Source: a virus
Strand: one strand, 5' to 3'
Virus record (IMG/VR): IMGVR_UViG_3300009703_001822
DNA: 64,000 nt
A model generated the notes under the pieces. The model saw only the letters and a program-made list of their open reading frames with translations. It had not been told where the DNA came from and made no database searches. A program made the position numbers and the translations under genes. Positions 36,536 to 49,100 of the stretch are shown here, piece by piece; positions within the stretch are counted from its first letter, which is position 1; each line of letters begins with the position of its first letter.

Positions 36536-38061
36536 TGAGTAGTTTAAAAAACTTTGGAAAATTAAATATACCAGATTGGATTTGGTGGATAGGTATTATT
36601 GAATCCAGAGCTGATGTAACACAGACAGGAAGATATAGAGTTAGAATAATGGGGTATCATACTGCTGATACTGAAGAATTACCTACAAAAGATTTACCTT
36701 TTGCCACCGTTGTTAATAGTGTTACAAATGCAAGCACATCAGGCATTATGGAAAATCCTAATCTATTACCTGGCTCAACAGTAGTAGGATTTTTTGCAGA
36801 TGGAGAAGAAGGACAATTTCCTATTATACTAGGTTCTTTTGCAGGACTGCCTCAGAAAAAGAATGAAGATCTTACAATAGAAGATGGATTCAACGATCCA
36901 AATAAAAAATATCCTAGAGGAGGCTTTGATGAAGACGCTCCTGAAGGATTTGCAGGTGTAGGTGAACCAGACATTTCTAGACTTGCAAGAGGAGAGAAGG
37001 CAGAAGAACATTACAGTCTAGTTACTAAAAGAGCAGAAAGAGAAAAAGATATAAGAACAGCTTCTGCACCTACAGTAGAAGCAGACGGTGTATTAGATGA
37101 TATATCAAATAAAGACTATGAAGGTAAAACATGGGAAGAGCCATATGCAAGAGGACAAGGACCATATGATACTTTTGAAATGTCTGAATTCAAACCTAAG
37201 TATTGGGACTCACTTAAAGATTTAAAAGAAGGTGGAGATGGTGTCCCTAAAGAACCTGGAACATATACATCTATGTATCCTTTTAATCTTGTTAGAGAAA
37301 CAGAAGCAGGGTTTACACAAGAAATAGACAATACAACAGGAAATGAAAGATATGCTTGGTATCATCCTGTAGGAAACTTTGAAGAAGTACAAGCAGACGG
37401 AACAAGAATTAATAAAATTAAAGGATCGGATTATGAGATTACAGTTAAAGACAAAAATGTTCTTATCAGAGGTTCTTGTAATGTAACTATTGCAGGTGAT
37501 GCTAAATTATTAGTACATGGAGACAAATACGAAGAAGTAGAAGGCAATTACTTTTTAAAAGTACATGGAGACAGAGTAACTAAAATACAAGGCAACGATG
37601 CCAAGGTAGTTAATTCAGATCAAAACTACAGCATAGGAGGTAATAGATCTGTTCGTGTAGCATTAGACGACTCTGCTACAATAGTAGGAAAACAAACACA
37701 AACAGTTGCAAAAACAAAAACAGAATCAGTAGCTGGAAAAGTTTCAGAGGATTTTGGAGATGGGCAATTAACAAAAGTAACAGGCAATATAATACAAAGA
37801 ACATCTAACGCATTCCAACAAATGGCAGGTGGTATTATGTCTATATTGTCTGGTTCAGATATGACATTAAAAACAGCTACCAAGATGACAGTAGAAGCAC
37901 AAACAGAAATGACAATAGATGCTCCTACAATGTCTATAGATGGACCGGCTGGAAACATTACTTCTAATGATGTAACATTACATACGCATACACATGCACA
38001 AGGTAATGATACAAGAGGTGATGGACAATCGGAAACAAACGCACCAACAGGAGGATCATAA
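36535..38061 (+). CDS. gp5: baseplate central spike gp5 (no lysozyme domain)
   Basis: OB-fold GRYRVRIMGYH..LPFA..VVGFFADG, YPFN..E.DNT..ER, beta-helix repeats, C-terminal LHTHTH apex. Confidence 0.88.
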   Translation: MSSLKNFGKLNIPDWIWWIGIIESRADVTQTGRYRVRIMGYHTADTEELPTKDLPFATVVNSVTNASTSGIMENPNLLPGSTVVGFFADGEEGQFPIILGSFAGLPQKKNEDLTIEDGFNDPNKKYPRGGFDEDAPEGFAGVGEPDISRLARGEKAEEHYSLVTKRAEREKDIRTASAPTVEADGVLDDISNKDYEGKTWEEPYARGQGPYDTFEMSEFKPKYWDSLKDLKEGGDGVPKEPGTYTSMYPFNLVRETEAGFTQEIDNTTGNERYAWYHPVGNFEEVQADGTRINKIKGSDYEITVKDKNVLIRGSCNVTIAGDAKLLVHGDKYEEVEGNYFLKVHGDRVTKIQGNDAKVVNSDQNYSIGGNRSVRVALDDSATIVGKQTQTVAKTKTESVAGKVSEDFGDGQLTKVTGNIIQRTSNAFQQMAGGIMSILSGSDMTLKTATKMTVEAQTEMTIDAPTMSIDGPAGNITSNDVTLHTHTHAQGNDTRGDGQSETNAPTGGS

Positions 38062-38062
38062 T

Positions 38063-38665
38063 ATGAGTTGCGGACCGTCAAAAGAATTATTAGCAGTTGC
38101 AGATCAAATAGATGCGTTGAACGCACAATTAGACGCAGCTATAATGGATATACCTGGCATGGGTGAACTTGCAGGATTAAAAGGCAAAGTAGAAGGAGAG
38201 GCACAAAAATTAAAAGATAAGTTAAGCGCTGCTTTACCGTCTATTAGTTTCCCTAATGTACCTTTTGGCCAACAGTCATTACAAGATCAAATAAAATCTG
38301 TAGCCGGTTTAATTGCATTAGGTATAGCGGGTAAAGATCAATTAGAGAATCAAATAGATTTTCTAAAAGCAAAATACAGTGGTATGGATGTTGATATTGA
38401 TAATATTGCAGACTTGTTACGACAAGGAGCAATGGATTTAGACTCTATTTGTAAAATGGTTCCTAATATACAAACACAAGGAATAGATCTTACAGTAAAA
38501 GGAATACCTACATCTTTTCCTGATATAGATCCTGTAGCTATTATTAGAGGCAACCCTGTACCAGAGATGCCTTCAATAGATAATGTTTACATAGATAAGA
38601 ATGTAAGATCAAAAGAACAAGCAGAGGAATTTTTAAATATTGAACTGCCTAACTTTGACTTTTAA
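38063..38665 (+). CDS. hypothetical baseplate-region protein
   Basis: Start reassigned to ATG 38063 (MSCGPS) after AGGAGG. Confidence 0.65.
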   Translation: MSCGPSKELLAVADQIDALNAQLDAAIMDIPGMGELAGLKGKVEGEAQKLKDKLSAALPSISFPNVPFGQQSLQDQIKSVAGLIALGIAGKDQLENQIDFLKAKYSGMDVDIDNIADLLRQGAMDLDSICKMVPNIQTQGIDLTVKGIPTSFPDIDPVAIIRGNPVPEMPSIDNVYIDKNVRSKEQAEEFLNIELPNFDF

Positions 38666-38679
38666 GTATAAATACTAAT

Positions 38680-39084
38680 ATGGCTATACTTAAACAAAAA
38701 AGAGCAAGAATTTATAAAGACTTTGATCTCTCGTTTGGTAAAAATTCTTTATCGGGAGATATTAATAAAAAACTTGATGTAAATGCCGTGAAACAGGCAA
38801 TGATTAATTTAGTCATGACTCAACCTTTTGAAAGGCCTTTTAATCCTTTACTAGGATCTGAGATAAATAATTTGTTATTTGAACATATGGATACTTTTAC
38901 TAGCGATGCTATACAAAAGAATTTATTATATTTGTTTAGAAATTATGAACCCAGATGTAGGATAACGGATCTAAGAGTAAAACCTTATTATGAATTAAAT
39001 GAATATGTAGTATCAATAGATTTTCATATTACAGGTATAAATGAACCACAAGAATTAGAAGTAAGACTAGAGAGGCTAAGGTAA
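38680..39084 (+). CDS. gp25: baseplate wedge gp25
   Basis: YKDFDLSF, AVKQAM.NLV.T..ERPFNP.LGS, YEPR; late promoter at 38667-74. Confidence 0.92.
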   Translation: MAILKQKRARIYKDFDLSFGKNSLSGDINKKLDVNAVKQAMINLVMTQPFERPFNPLLGSEINNLLFEHMDTFTSDAIQKNLLYLFRNYEPRCRITDLRVKPYYELNEYVVSIDFHITGINEPQELEVRLERLR

Positions 39085-40988
39085 TGGCGCAATTAAATAC
39101 AACAGAATTAGACTTTGAGAATATAAAAATAAATTTAAAAAATTTCTTAAAGTCACAGACAGAATTTTCAGATTACAATTTTGAAGGTTCTGGTATGGCA
39201 GTAATGATAGATTTATTGGCATACAATACACACTATCAAGGTATGTTAGCACACATGTTAGCTAACGAAAATTTTATAGATACAGCAGTTAAAAGAGAGT
39301 CTGTAGTATCTATTGCAAAAGCATTAGGTTATACACCGAGATCTTATTTAGGAGCCAGCGCAACAGTATCAATAACAGTTACACCTCCTGGTTCATTTAC
39401 AGGAACGAATCTTACATTATCCAGAAATGCAATTTTTACAAGTTCAGTCAACGGTACAACATATAAATTTTATCCTTTAGAGGATGTTACAACAGCTGCT
39501 ATAATAGATGAGGGTGTAAAGAAATTTGTTTTTACTGATCTAATTTTAAAAGAAGGATTAAGAACTGCAAATTCTTTTACAGTACAAGCAGCAAATCCTC
39601 AAGGCCCTTATATTATTCCTAATGAGAGTATAGACGCTACTACAATAAGAGCGAGAGTACAAACATCTTTATCTGATACATCTTTAACTACATGGAATAA
39701 ATCTACAACATTATTAGATGTTAAAAACGATTCTAGAGTATATTGGTGTGAAGAAGGTATAGATGGTTTAACACAATTAAGATTTGGAGATGGTGTACTA
39801 GGACAAAAATTATCTGTAGACAATGTTTTAATTGTAGACTATATTGCAAGTTCAGGTAAAACAGCAAACACTGCTAAAACATTCTCAGCAACATCTACAA
39901 TATCAGCAAGTGGAGAAACAGTTTCAGTTACCACGACAAGTCCTTCATCAGGCGGTAATATACAAGAATCAGTAGATGAGATTAGATTTAATGCACCTCG
40001 TTACAACGCTACAAGAGATAGAGCAGTAACTGAAACAGATTATAAGACACTAATATTACAAAGCAATGCTAATATACAATCTGTTGCAGTGTGGGGAGGA
40101 GAGAAAAACGATCCTCCTATGTATGGAAAAGTTTTTATATCTCTAAATCCTGTACCAGGACAGGTTATCACAGAACAAGATAAAGATAATATTAAGAACA
40201 GTATTATTGATCCTAAAACACCTGTAGCAATTATGCCAGAGTTTGTTGATCCTGAATACACATACATACAGTTAGAAATTGATACTACATATGATCCTAA
40301 AATTACATCACTGGCAAAAGGACAAGTAGAGGCAGCTGTATTACAACAAGTAGATGCGTATTTTTCAAATCAATTAAACAAATTAAATAAAAGTTTCTAT
40401 TATAGTAGACTACATGATTTGATTAACAAACAAACACAATCAATTATATCTACTAATATAAGATTAGGACTACAAAAAAGACAAAAACCTGAATTTAATA
40501 CTACACATAATTATACGGTTAGTTTTAATCAAAAATTACAACCCAGAGAATTAGGAAGCACATATTTTGATATAGAAATATCAGGTGTTACACATAAAGC
40601 CATATTATCAGACACACCGGCATCTACAGTAGTTGCTCCTTCATATAGTGGAACAGGTACAGTTAATGCAATTGGAACAGACGGACAAAACTTAGGTGCA
40701 GTAGGCACAATAGATTACGATTCCGGAAAAGTAGATTTACCTTCCATGACACTTAAAAAATTATATGGAACAGAAACAAATTTAAGAATTAATGTTACAC
40801 CACATGATAGTATTAAAGACATTACTACACAAGCTCTTATTAGAACTTCCGATACTAGCACAGCAGCAATCGTTGCTAAACCTTCTAGAAATACAGTTCT
40901 ATTATTAGATGATAGTGTTTTGAATGCTACAATTAATACACTATCAGGTGTAAGAATAACAGCAACTAAAGAAGTAGAAGAAGTTTAA
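39084..40988 (+). CDS. gp6: baseplate wedge gp6
   Basis: [47 protein letters not shown]. Confidence 0.93.
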   Translation: MAQLNTTELDFENIKINLKNFLKSQTEFSDYNFEGSGMAVMIDLLAYNTHYQGMLAHMLANENFIDTAVKRESVVSIAKALGYTPRSYLGASATVSITVTPPGSFTGTNLTLSRNAIFTSSVNGTTYKFYPLEDVTTAAIIDEGVKKFVFTDLILKEGLRTANSFTVQAANPQGPYIIPNESIDATTIRARVQTSLSDTSLTTWNKSTTLLDVKNDSRVYWCEEGIDGLTQLRFGDGVLGQKLSVDNVLIVDYIASSGKTANTAKTFSATSTISASGETVSVTTTSPSSGGNIQESVDEIRFNAPRYNATRDRAVTETDYKTLILQSNANIQSVAVWGGEKNDPPMYGKVFISLNPVPGQVITEQDKDNIKNSIIDPKTPVAIMPEFVDPEYTYIQLEIDTTYDPKITSLAKGQVEAAVLQQVDAYFSNQLNKLNKSFYYSRLHDLINKQTQSIISTNIRLGLQKRQKPEFNTTHNYTVSFNQKLQPRELGSTYFDIEISGVTHKAILSDTPASTVVAPSYSGTGTVNAIGTDGQNLGAVGTIDYDSGKVDLPSMTLKKLYGTETNLRINVTPHDSIKDITTQALIRTSDTSTAAIVAKPSRNTVLLLDDSVLNATINTLSGVRITATKEVEEV

Positions 40989-43900
40989 TGGCGGATTATA
41001 TCCCATCATTTTATAGATATGTAAAATCTATAACAGTAACTAATGGAGGCACAGGATACTTTTCTGGAACGCCTACCATTGAAATTACTGGCGGTGGAGG
41101 TACAGGAGCAACAGCTACAGCAACAGTATCTAGTGGAGCAGTTACAAGTTTTACTATTACAAACAAGGGTACAGGTTATACATCGGTACCTACAGTTACA
41201 ATAACAGGTGGTGGCGGATCAGGCGCTGTTGGTACAGCAGTTTTAGATTCAGCACAGGACAATGCGTCTTTAGAAATAAGAAATAGAAGTTATTTAGTTA
41301 AAGAACAAATACCCGAACACATAAGAGATAGTTACCCTGTCTTTGTAACATTCCTAGAAAAGTATTATGCTTTTATGGATACAAATTACAAAGATCCAAC
41401 AAACTATACTTCTGATATAGATTATACAAATACACAATTCTTAGATAAATGGAGAGGAGCATTAGTATCAGACTTCCCTTCATTACTATCAGTTGATAAA
41501 GCTTTTTTCTACAAAAGAGCAAAAGACTTTTATGAATCTAAGGGTAGTAGACGATCTATAGAAGCGTGGTTTAGAATAATATATGATGAGAATGTAGATG
41601 TAACTTATCCTTATCAGTATGTTTTAAAACCTTCTGATGGTATCTACAATGTAGAAAAAACAATTAAAATACAAGAAGCAGAACATGGCGGAGGTAGTTT
41701 AGAGCCTTTAAATTTAGAAGGTAAAAAGATTGATATACGATATTCTGAAACTACAGGTACGGTTACAGTAACAAAACATACAAACGCTAATGTTAAAAGA
41801 GTAGAAAAGAATACATATCAAACAAATGGTTTGACATTACAAAGATTTGAATTAGTATTAGACTTTGATGATGCTAATGTTACAACTATTAATGGACCAG
41901 GTGCTGGAGCCGTTGTAACAGCCACAGTATCCGGCGGAGCAATTACAGACTTCACAGTAACAGATGGTGGTTCAGGATATATTGCAGCACCAATAGTACA
42001 AATATTTCCTAATGCAAGCGATACAATTACAACAACTGCAACGGCACATGCTCTAGTAGAGAATGGAGTAATAAAAGATGTTGTAGTAGATAACGGAGGA
42101 GCAGGATATAACAATGCGCCTGGAATAGAGTTTGATACAGATACAATTAGATCTTATGTTGTAGATGATGGTGCAGGTAACGCAGACGAAGATATATATG
42201 GTTATCTTGTTAGAGTATTAACAAGTGTAGGATTTAAATCTTATAGTGGTTCAGAGGCAGACGCAGGATTTAAGATAGGACAAATTTATGCTATTAATGA
42301 AACTGGCGATGACGGTAAAGCGTATGCTGTAACAGGTTATTTTGCTGATGACTATACATTTATAGGTGGACAAAACGATGCCTTTATAAGAATAACAGCA
42401 GTAACAAGTGCGGGGCTACCTTCGGCGTTCACAGTAATTAATCCAGGATCTACATTCTTAAATGACACAGCAGATATTCAAATAACTTCTCCTAAGGGAG
42501 AAACATGTACAATTACATTAACAACAGGTTATCTATTCGAGTATGAAGGTAAATGGAAAAACGATCAAGGTAAATTGTCTGATGTTAATGTAATTGCAGA
42601 TAACAAAAGATATCAACCATTCTCTTATGTAATTAAATCAGGCATATCACAAACCAATTGGGATAGAGGTTTGAGAGATACAGTACACCCTGCAGGTATG
42701 GAGGTGTTCGGAGATTTAATTATAAGAAGTGTGGTAGACTTTAATGTACTATACGAAGTCGAATCTACAGGATATACATTCTACATATTTGATGCAGATG
42801 ATATTGTTACAACTGTTGAAACAGGTCCATTGTTTGACTTTACTAAACTTCTTACAGAGGCACCTAGTGCAACAGAGGCACATGCAATAGCATTTACACC
42901 AGGAGGTAAGACAGATACAGCACTTGCTACAGACCAAGGATCTAATCCTTATGTTGTAAGTGGATATTGGAATGATGATAGTGATGGTGTATCATCAGAT
43001 AACTATAATATTGGAGATGAGCAATTTGTTAAAGCAATCTCCAAACCATTCACAGAAGTATTATCAGTAAATGATACAATAACAGAAAGTGATATAGATA
43101 TATCCTTCTTTAGAACATTTACTGAAACAAGAAATGCTACGGAGTCAATGGCAAAAGCATTTACTAAAGTGTTTGATGATGGTTTTGTAAACAATTATTG
43201 GACACCGGCAAATGGAACAAGCGCATATACAAATGACTTAGCAGATAATGGTGATTATCAGTATTATGTTGCAACAAGTTTAGGAGCAGTATCAGTATCA
43301 GACTCTGTTAATGTATTAAGAATATTAGGAGTTCAACCTACTGATACAGTTAGCGTAACTGAAGTTGCACAAATCGTGGCACAATTTAACATATCACCAA
43401 GTGATACAGGTACTGCACAAGAAAGTATAGCAGTTACATTTATTACATCATTTAGCGAAACGGGTACGGCTAGTGATGCCCAAGCGAAAACAATTGGTAA
43501 AGTATTAGCACATTCAACTTCTAATACTGATTCAGAAGTTTTAGCTCTTTCATTAGCAAAAACAGAAACAGTAACAACAAGCGATACAGATACATATTCT
43601 CTCAGCAAGTTTGCTACAGATACGACTTCAGGAGTTTCCGAAAGTCTATCAAGGACACTTACATGGCAGAGAACATTTACAGAATCGCCTAGTGCTACTG
43701 GACTTCCGATAAAAGCTCTATCCAAGCCTTTCTCGGATTCAGCAAGTGCTGGAGATAACTTGAGTTCTCAACTTACTAGGCAGGTAACAGCGTCAGATAC
43801 TTTGAGCAACATTACAAGTACTCAAGTACTACAAATTAATAAAGCAGTTTCGGAAACAATATCTACATCCGAGGCTATAAACAGTATAAATACAAGTAAA

Positions 43901-44068
43901 GGATTAACAGAAACACCAAATGGTACAGAATCCTTAGCAAGTGCGCTATCCAAACCAGCAACCGATAGTAGTACTGCTACAGATACGGGTACTGGTAAGA
44001 TGCAGGATTATGTAGATCCCACTTACTTAGACTCAGACTATGTTGGTTCTAGTTGGAACTTTACATAA
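40988..44068 (+). CDS. gp7: baseplate wedge gp7-like protein
   Basis: [33 protein letters not shown]; lies between gp6 and gp8; Ser/Thr-rich repeats. Confidence 0.75.
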   Translation: MADYIPSFYRYVKSITVTNGGTGYFSGTPTIEITGGGGTGATATATVSSGAVTSFTITNKGTGYTSVPTVTITGGGGSGAVGTAVLDSAQDNASLEIRNRSYLVKEQIPEHIRDSYPVFVTFLEKYYAFMDTNYKDPTNYTSDIDYTNTQFLDKWRGALVSDFPSLLSVDKAFFYKRAKDFYESKGSRRSIEAWFRIIYDENVDVTYPYQYVLKPSDGIYNVEKTIKIQEAEHGGGSLEPLNLEGKKIDIRYSETTGTVTVTKHTNANVKRVEKNTYQTNGLTLQRFELVLDFDDANVTTINGPGAGAVVTATVSGGAITDFTVTDGGSGYIAAPIVQIFPNASDTITTTATAHALVENGVIKDVVVDNGGAGYNNAPGIEFDTDTIRSYVVDDGAGNADEDIYGYLVRVLTSVGFKSYSGSEADAGFKIGQIYAINETGDDGKAYAVTGYFADDYTFIGGQNDAFIRITAVTSAGLPSAFTVINPGSTFLNDTADIQITSPKGETCTITLTTGYLFEYEGKWKNDQGKLSDVNVIADNKRYQPFSYVIKSGISQTNWDRGLRDTVHPAGMEVFGDLIIRSVVDFNVLYEVESTGYTFYIFDADDIVTTVETGPLFDFTKLLTEAPSATEAHAIAFTPGGKTDTALATDQGSNPYVVSGYWNDDSDGVSSDNYNIGDEQFVKAISKPFTEVLSVNDTITESDIDISFFRTFTETRNATESMAKAFTKVFDDGFVNNYWTPANGTSAYTNDLADNGDYQYYVATSLGAVSVSDSVNVLRILGVQPTDTVSVTEVAQIVAQFNISPSDTGTAQESIAVTFITSFSETGTASDAQAKTIGKVLAHSTSNTDSEVLALSLAKTETVTTSDTDTYSLSKFATDTTSGVSESLSRTLTWQRTFTESPSATGLPIKALSKPFSDSASAGDNLSSQLTRQVTASDTLSNITSTQVLQINKAVSETISTSEAINSINTSKGLTETPNGTESLASALSKPATDSSTATDTGTGKMQDYVDPTYLDSDYVGSSWNFT

Positions 44069-44093
44069 CGGATAAACATATTAGGAGAATAAA

Positions 44094-44537
44094 ATGTTTA
44101 AAAATGATAAATCGAAAGCTACAGGTAAGCTTACCGTTGAAATCAAGAACAAGCAAGGCAAAGTAATCGACACTAGGGAAGTTAAAAACCTAGTAGTTGA
44201 TGATGGCCTTGAGTACATTGCATCTAGAATGAAAGATGCATCAGCTACAGCTATGTCTCACATGGGTATAGGAACAGGATCATCAGCAGCAGCTGCTAGT
44301 GATACTGCTCTAGGTACTGAGGCAGCTAGAGTAGCTCTTACTTCTACCACAGTTACAGCTAATGCTGTTGCTTATGTTGCTTCTTTTGGAGCAGGTACAG
44401 GTACAGGAGCTATTACAGAAGCAGGTATTTTAAATGCAGCTTCAAGTGGTACTCTTCTTTGTAGGACTGTTTTCTCAGTCGTAAACAAAGGCGCGTCAGA
44501 TTCAATGACAATTACTTGGACAGTAACAATTTCGTAA
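44094..44537 (+). CDS. small virion structural protein
   Basis: KNLVV..G, MGIGTG, ITEAGILNAASSGTLL.R..F..VNK; SD AGGAG. Confidence 0.7.
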   Translation: MFKNDKSKATGKLTVEIKNKQGKVIDTREVKNLVVDDGLEYIASRMKDASATAMSHMGIGTGSSAAAASDTALGTEAARVALTSTTVTANAVAYVASFGAGTGTGAITEAGILNAASSGTLLCRTVFSVVNKGASDSMTITWTVTIS

Positions 44538-44546
44538 GGTAAATAG

Positions 44547-46133
44547 ATGGCTCTAGTACTTCGAAGACTAGGTAGGGTTGAATTAGCAAGGACATTCCAT
44601 AGAGATGTTCGTAATAACAACGACTACTTTCATTTTGCTGTAGGCAGAACAGAGGCTTGGACAGATGAGACAAGCCCTGAAACACCTATTGACAATGATT
44701 CTTATGTCTCGAAGTTTAGAAGGAGCATGATGTTTACACAACGGATTGACTCTGCAGATGTTTGCTTACTAGCAAAACGAGTAAATTGGGCTACAGGCAC
44801 GGTGTATGATGAATATGATGATAATATTTCGTCTAGTAATCAATCATACTCCGGAGCCTCCAATTTAGCAGATGCGAATTTCTTTGTTGTAACAGATGAA
44901 TTCAAGGTATATAAATGTATCAGTAATAATAATAACGGACAAAGTACAGTCAAACCTACAAGTACAGGAACATCTGTATTTGAGTTGGCTGATAATTATA
45001 ACTGGAAATTTATGTTCCAAATCTCGGCATCCGATCAAAACAAATTTTTGGATGCCGATTTTGTTCCTGTTAGAAAACTTACAGGAAATCCTACACATGA
45101 TGTTACCGGCGAAGTAGATAGTGTTACAATTACAGCAGGAGGCACAGGTTATACAAGTGCACCTACAGTAGTTATACAAGGCGACGGAGATGGTTTAGCA
45201 GCAGGAACTGCAACTATATCAGGCGGTGCAGTAACAGGTGTTACAATCACAGCATCCGGTTCAGGTTATAGTTTTGCATTTATAACTTTTAATGGCGGTG
45301 GTGGTTCAGGAGCAGTAGGAAGTGTTAATTTAGGAGACGCAGATTCATTACCAGCATTACAAAGTGCTGTAGAAGGAGCGTCTGTAAACGGCACATTAGA
45401 TAGAGTTATTGTTACAACAGCAGGACAAGACTACGCAGCTAATGATGTACAGGTTACAGTAACAGGAGATGGCACAGGAGCAGAAGCAAGTGCTTATGTC
45501 AACGCAGCTACAGGAGCTATTACAAAAATAAGAATTACAAATCCTGGATCTAATTATTCTTATGCCGATATAGCTATTGTAAACACATCAGCTCCTGGCA
45601 CAGGAGCAGTAGCAAGAGCCATAGTATCTCCTCAAGGGGGACATGGTTCAAATGCACCTAGAGAATTATTTGCTAATAATTTAGGTGTTACAGTATCATT
45701 CTCAGATAATGATAATAAAGATTTAGTATTAGGCAATGACTTTAGACAAATTGCACTAATTAAAAATATAAAAACACCAGCAGGTGTTACATATACAACG
45801 AACACAGCAACGGCTTGTCATATTATTAATGTAGCAAGCGTTGCAAGTTATGCTGTCGATGACATCATAACAACAGATGACGGAGGATCGTTTACAGTCA
45901 TACAAATAGATTCAACTAATAAAAATATTTACTTGACATCTACAATTCCTGTGATGACAACCAATTCCGTTTTAACAAATACTACTCAAAACATCAGCAG
46001 TTTGAGTATAAATAGTATAACAGATCCAGAAGTAGATAATGCTACAGGAGAGGTTATTTACTTAGACAACAGGTCGCCGGTTATTAGATCGGCGGATCAA
46101 GTAGAACAGATAAAGGCATTGATTAGGTTTTAA
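44547..46133 (+). CDS. gp8: baseplate wedge gp8
   Basis: W..GTVYDEY, FFVVTDEFKVYKCISNN, YNWKFMF, GGHG, DFRQIALIKN, GEVIYLDNR. Confidence 0.85.
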   Translation: MALVLRRLGRVELARTFHRDVRNNNDYFHFAVGRTEAWTDETSPETPIDNDSYVSKFRRSMMFTQRIDSADVCLLAKRVNWATGTVYDEYDDNISSSNQSYSGASNLADANFFVVTDEFKVYKCISNNNNGQSTVKPTSTGTSVFELADNYNWKFMFQISASDQNKFLDADFVPVRKLTGNPTHDVTGEVDSVTITAGGTGYTSAPTVVIQGDGDGLAAGTATISGGAVTGVTITASGSGYSFAFITFNGGGGSGAVGSVNLGDADSLPALQSAVEGASVNGTLDRVIVTTAGQDYAANDVQVTVTGDGTGAEASAYVNAATGAITKIRITNPGSNYSYADIAIVNTSAPGTGAVARAIVSPQGGHGSNAPRELFANNLGVTVSFSDNDNKDLVLGNDFRQIALIKNIKTPAGVTYTTNTATACHIINVASVASYAVDDIITTDDGGSFTVIQIDSTNKNIYLTSTIPVMTTNSVLTNTTQNISSLSINSITDPEVDNATGEVIYLDNRSPVIRSADQVEQIKALIRF

Positions 46134-46136
46134 CAA

Positions 46137-49100
46137 ATGGCATTAAATTTAAATACATCACCATATTACGACGACTTTAACGATGACAACAGATTCCATC
46201 GTGTGTTGTTTAAACCTGGCGTACCAGTACAAGCTAGAGAGCTTACACAATTACAAACTATCTTACAAGACCAAATGGAAAAAGGTTTTGGTTTTGTTGT
46301 ACAAGAAGGTGCAGTAATAACAGGTTGTGCAGAGACACTTAGAGATGTAGATTATATTAAAGTCAACGACACAGACGCAGCAGCTGTTACAATAAACAAT
46401 ACAGACCTAGTAAAATATAAAGATAAAGAAATTGTAGGTTCTGTTACAGGTTTAAGAGCAGTAATACAAGATACAGAAACAGGTACTGTAGCAGGAAATC
46501 CTAACTTAAAAACTTTATATATTAAATATTTAAATACAATTTCAGGACATACACACTTTGCTTCTGGAGAAACTTTAACAGTTTATACAGCAAATGAAGG
46601 CACAACTGCATCTATAGCAGCAGGAACAGATTTAAATGGATACACTTTTGTTGTAAACAATTTAACAGATAATACAAGAGCAGGAACATATTATGGTAAT
46701 ACAAGTGATATTACCTTACAGCCAGGCATTATACATGCTCGTGGCTCATTTATTAAAACAGATAAGATTACAGTAAGATTAGACAAATACAACAATTTAA
46801 AAAGAAAACATATAGGGTTTGTTGTAACAGAATCTTTACAACAATCTGCAACAGACACTACACTATTAGATCCTGCACAGGGTTCATATAACTATAATGC
46901 ACCTGGAGCAGACAGATTAAAATATACAGTTACATTAGCATCGTATGATGATACAGCAACTAAACCTGAAAACTTTTACACATACGCACATGCTAGTATA
47001 GATGGTATAGAAAGAATAGGCCTTAAAGATAATCCTTTATCAGGCTTAGGAGAAATATTAGCAAATAGAACATACGACGAATCGGGTAATTATCTTGTTA
47101 GAGGTAATAATGTTTCATTAAGAGAACATTTAAATGATGGCACAAATGGTGGTGTTTACGCATCCGGAGATGCTGGTTCAAGAGCAGCTCTTGTAGTACA
47201 AGTAGATCCTGGTGTTTCTTATGTAGGAGGTTTCAAAAGAGAATTACAAAGTTCTAAAAGAATACCTATAATGAAGGCTAGTCAGTTTATCACTAAAGAG
47301 GCACAGCCCATTTCAACTTCATATGGTAACTACATAGAGATTAATTATGTAGAAGGATTATTTGATGTTGATGGTGGCGCTAAAATAGAATTATATAACG
47401 CAGTACAAGACGGAAATGCCTCAGCACAAGGAAGCAAAGTTGGAGAAGCCAAAGTAAGACAACTTGTTTATTCAAGTGGCACACCAGGTAATACAGCAGC
47501 AGTTTATAGACTTTATGTTTATGATCTCCAAATGTTAAGTGGAGACTTTACAGCAGTTAAAGGTGTAAGGTATAATAGCGGCGATACTTGGGGAGGAGTA
47601 GCTAATACAGTTCTTGTATCAAGTAAATCAGAAATTAAAGAAAGTAAAGTAAACAAATTGGTTTACAGATTATCTGAAAATAATATTAAAACATTAAAAG
47701 CAGAATCAGGTGGAACATACGATTACACATATCAATATCAAAAGGAATTTGATATATCACTAAACACTACTGATGGAACAGGTTCATTAACATTATCAGG
47801 TAACGAAACATTCCCTTATTCAGGAACATTAACAGACACACAAAAAAGAGATTTCATACTTATAGCAAAAGCAGGCTTTACACAAAACTCTGCTACAGTT
47901 GCAGTAGGCGAACATATAGACCTAACTTCAAATAATAGTAATGCATCTGTTACAGTAAACAGTGCAACATCAATTACTATTGATACAGGTGGAGCTATTA
48001 CAGGAACAAGTACAGTAAGAGTTTATGTACCTGTACAAGTATCAGATGCTACACCAATTGCTAAAACATTATCATCTGATAAGTATGTAAAAATAGATAC
48101 AAATTCACACTCTGCATCAACATCAGGAGAATATAGTATTGGTGTTGCAGACTTATATAAAGTAGAAAGTATTAGAGCACATACATCTGCTTTAACATCA
48201 GATACAGATGGAATAGATGTTACAAACGACTTTAGAGTATCTGACGGACAGGAAGATAACTTCTACGGACTTGCAAAAATAATTAAGAAAAATTCAAGTA
48301 CATTAAATCTTACAACTTACGATCATTTATTAATTAAATATTCTTACTTTGACTCTACAGTATCAAGCGCTTCATTTGCTTGTTTTGATAGTTATCCTGT
48401 AGATGATACAACAGCAAGTTTACCCTCAGGTAAAGTTAGAACAGAGGATATACCTAACTTCCAATCACAAAAATATGGAGAGTTTAATTTAAGAGATTGT
48501 GTTGACTTCCGTCCTTATATGACAAACACAGCAACAATTACAGGAACAATAGCAAGTGCTACAACAAACCCTGCTAATGATAAAATAATAAATAGACCAG
48601 GTTCAGGGCTAACTAATCCTTTACCTACAAAAACATTTAGTACAGATTTAGCTTATTACATAGGTAAAAAACTTAGAATTGTATTAGACTTTGATGGCAA
48701 TTATAGAGTAGTAGAAGGATCGTATAGTCAAAATCCTAAAATGCCAGCAGAACCTTCACAGTCTATGACAATGGCAGAAATAGATCTTGTACCTTTTCCT
48801 TGTTTATCACCTGAGTATGGTAAGGTAAAACAAAAAGGACAATATACAACTTCTATTAAAAATGTATCTCAAAAACGATACACAATGAAAAATATTAGTG
48901 GCCTAGAACAAAGAATTAAAAACTTAGAATACTATGCCTCATTAAACTTATTAGAAAATTATGCTAAAGATCAAACTATTGTTAATTCCTCAGGTACAGA
49001 TAGATTTAAAAATGGTATCTTAGTAGATCCATTTACAGGACACAATGTAGGATCTGTATTAGATCCTGATTATAAAATATCAATTGATCCTGAGAAAAAA

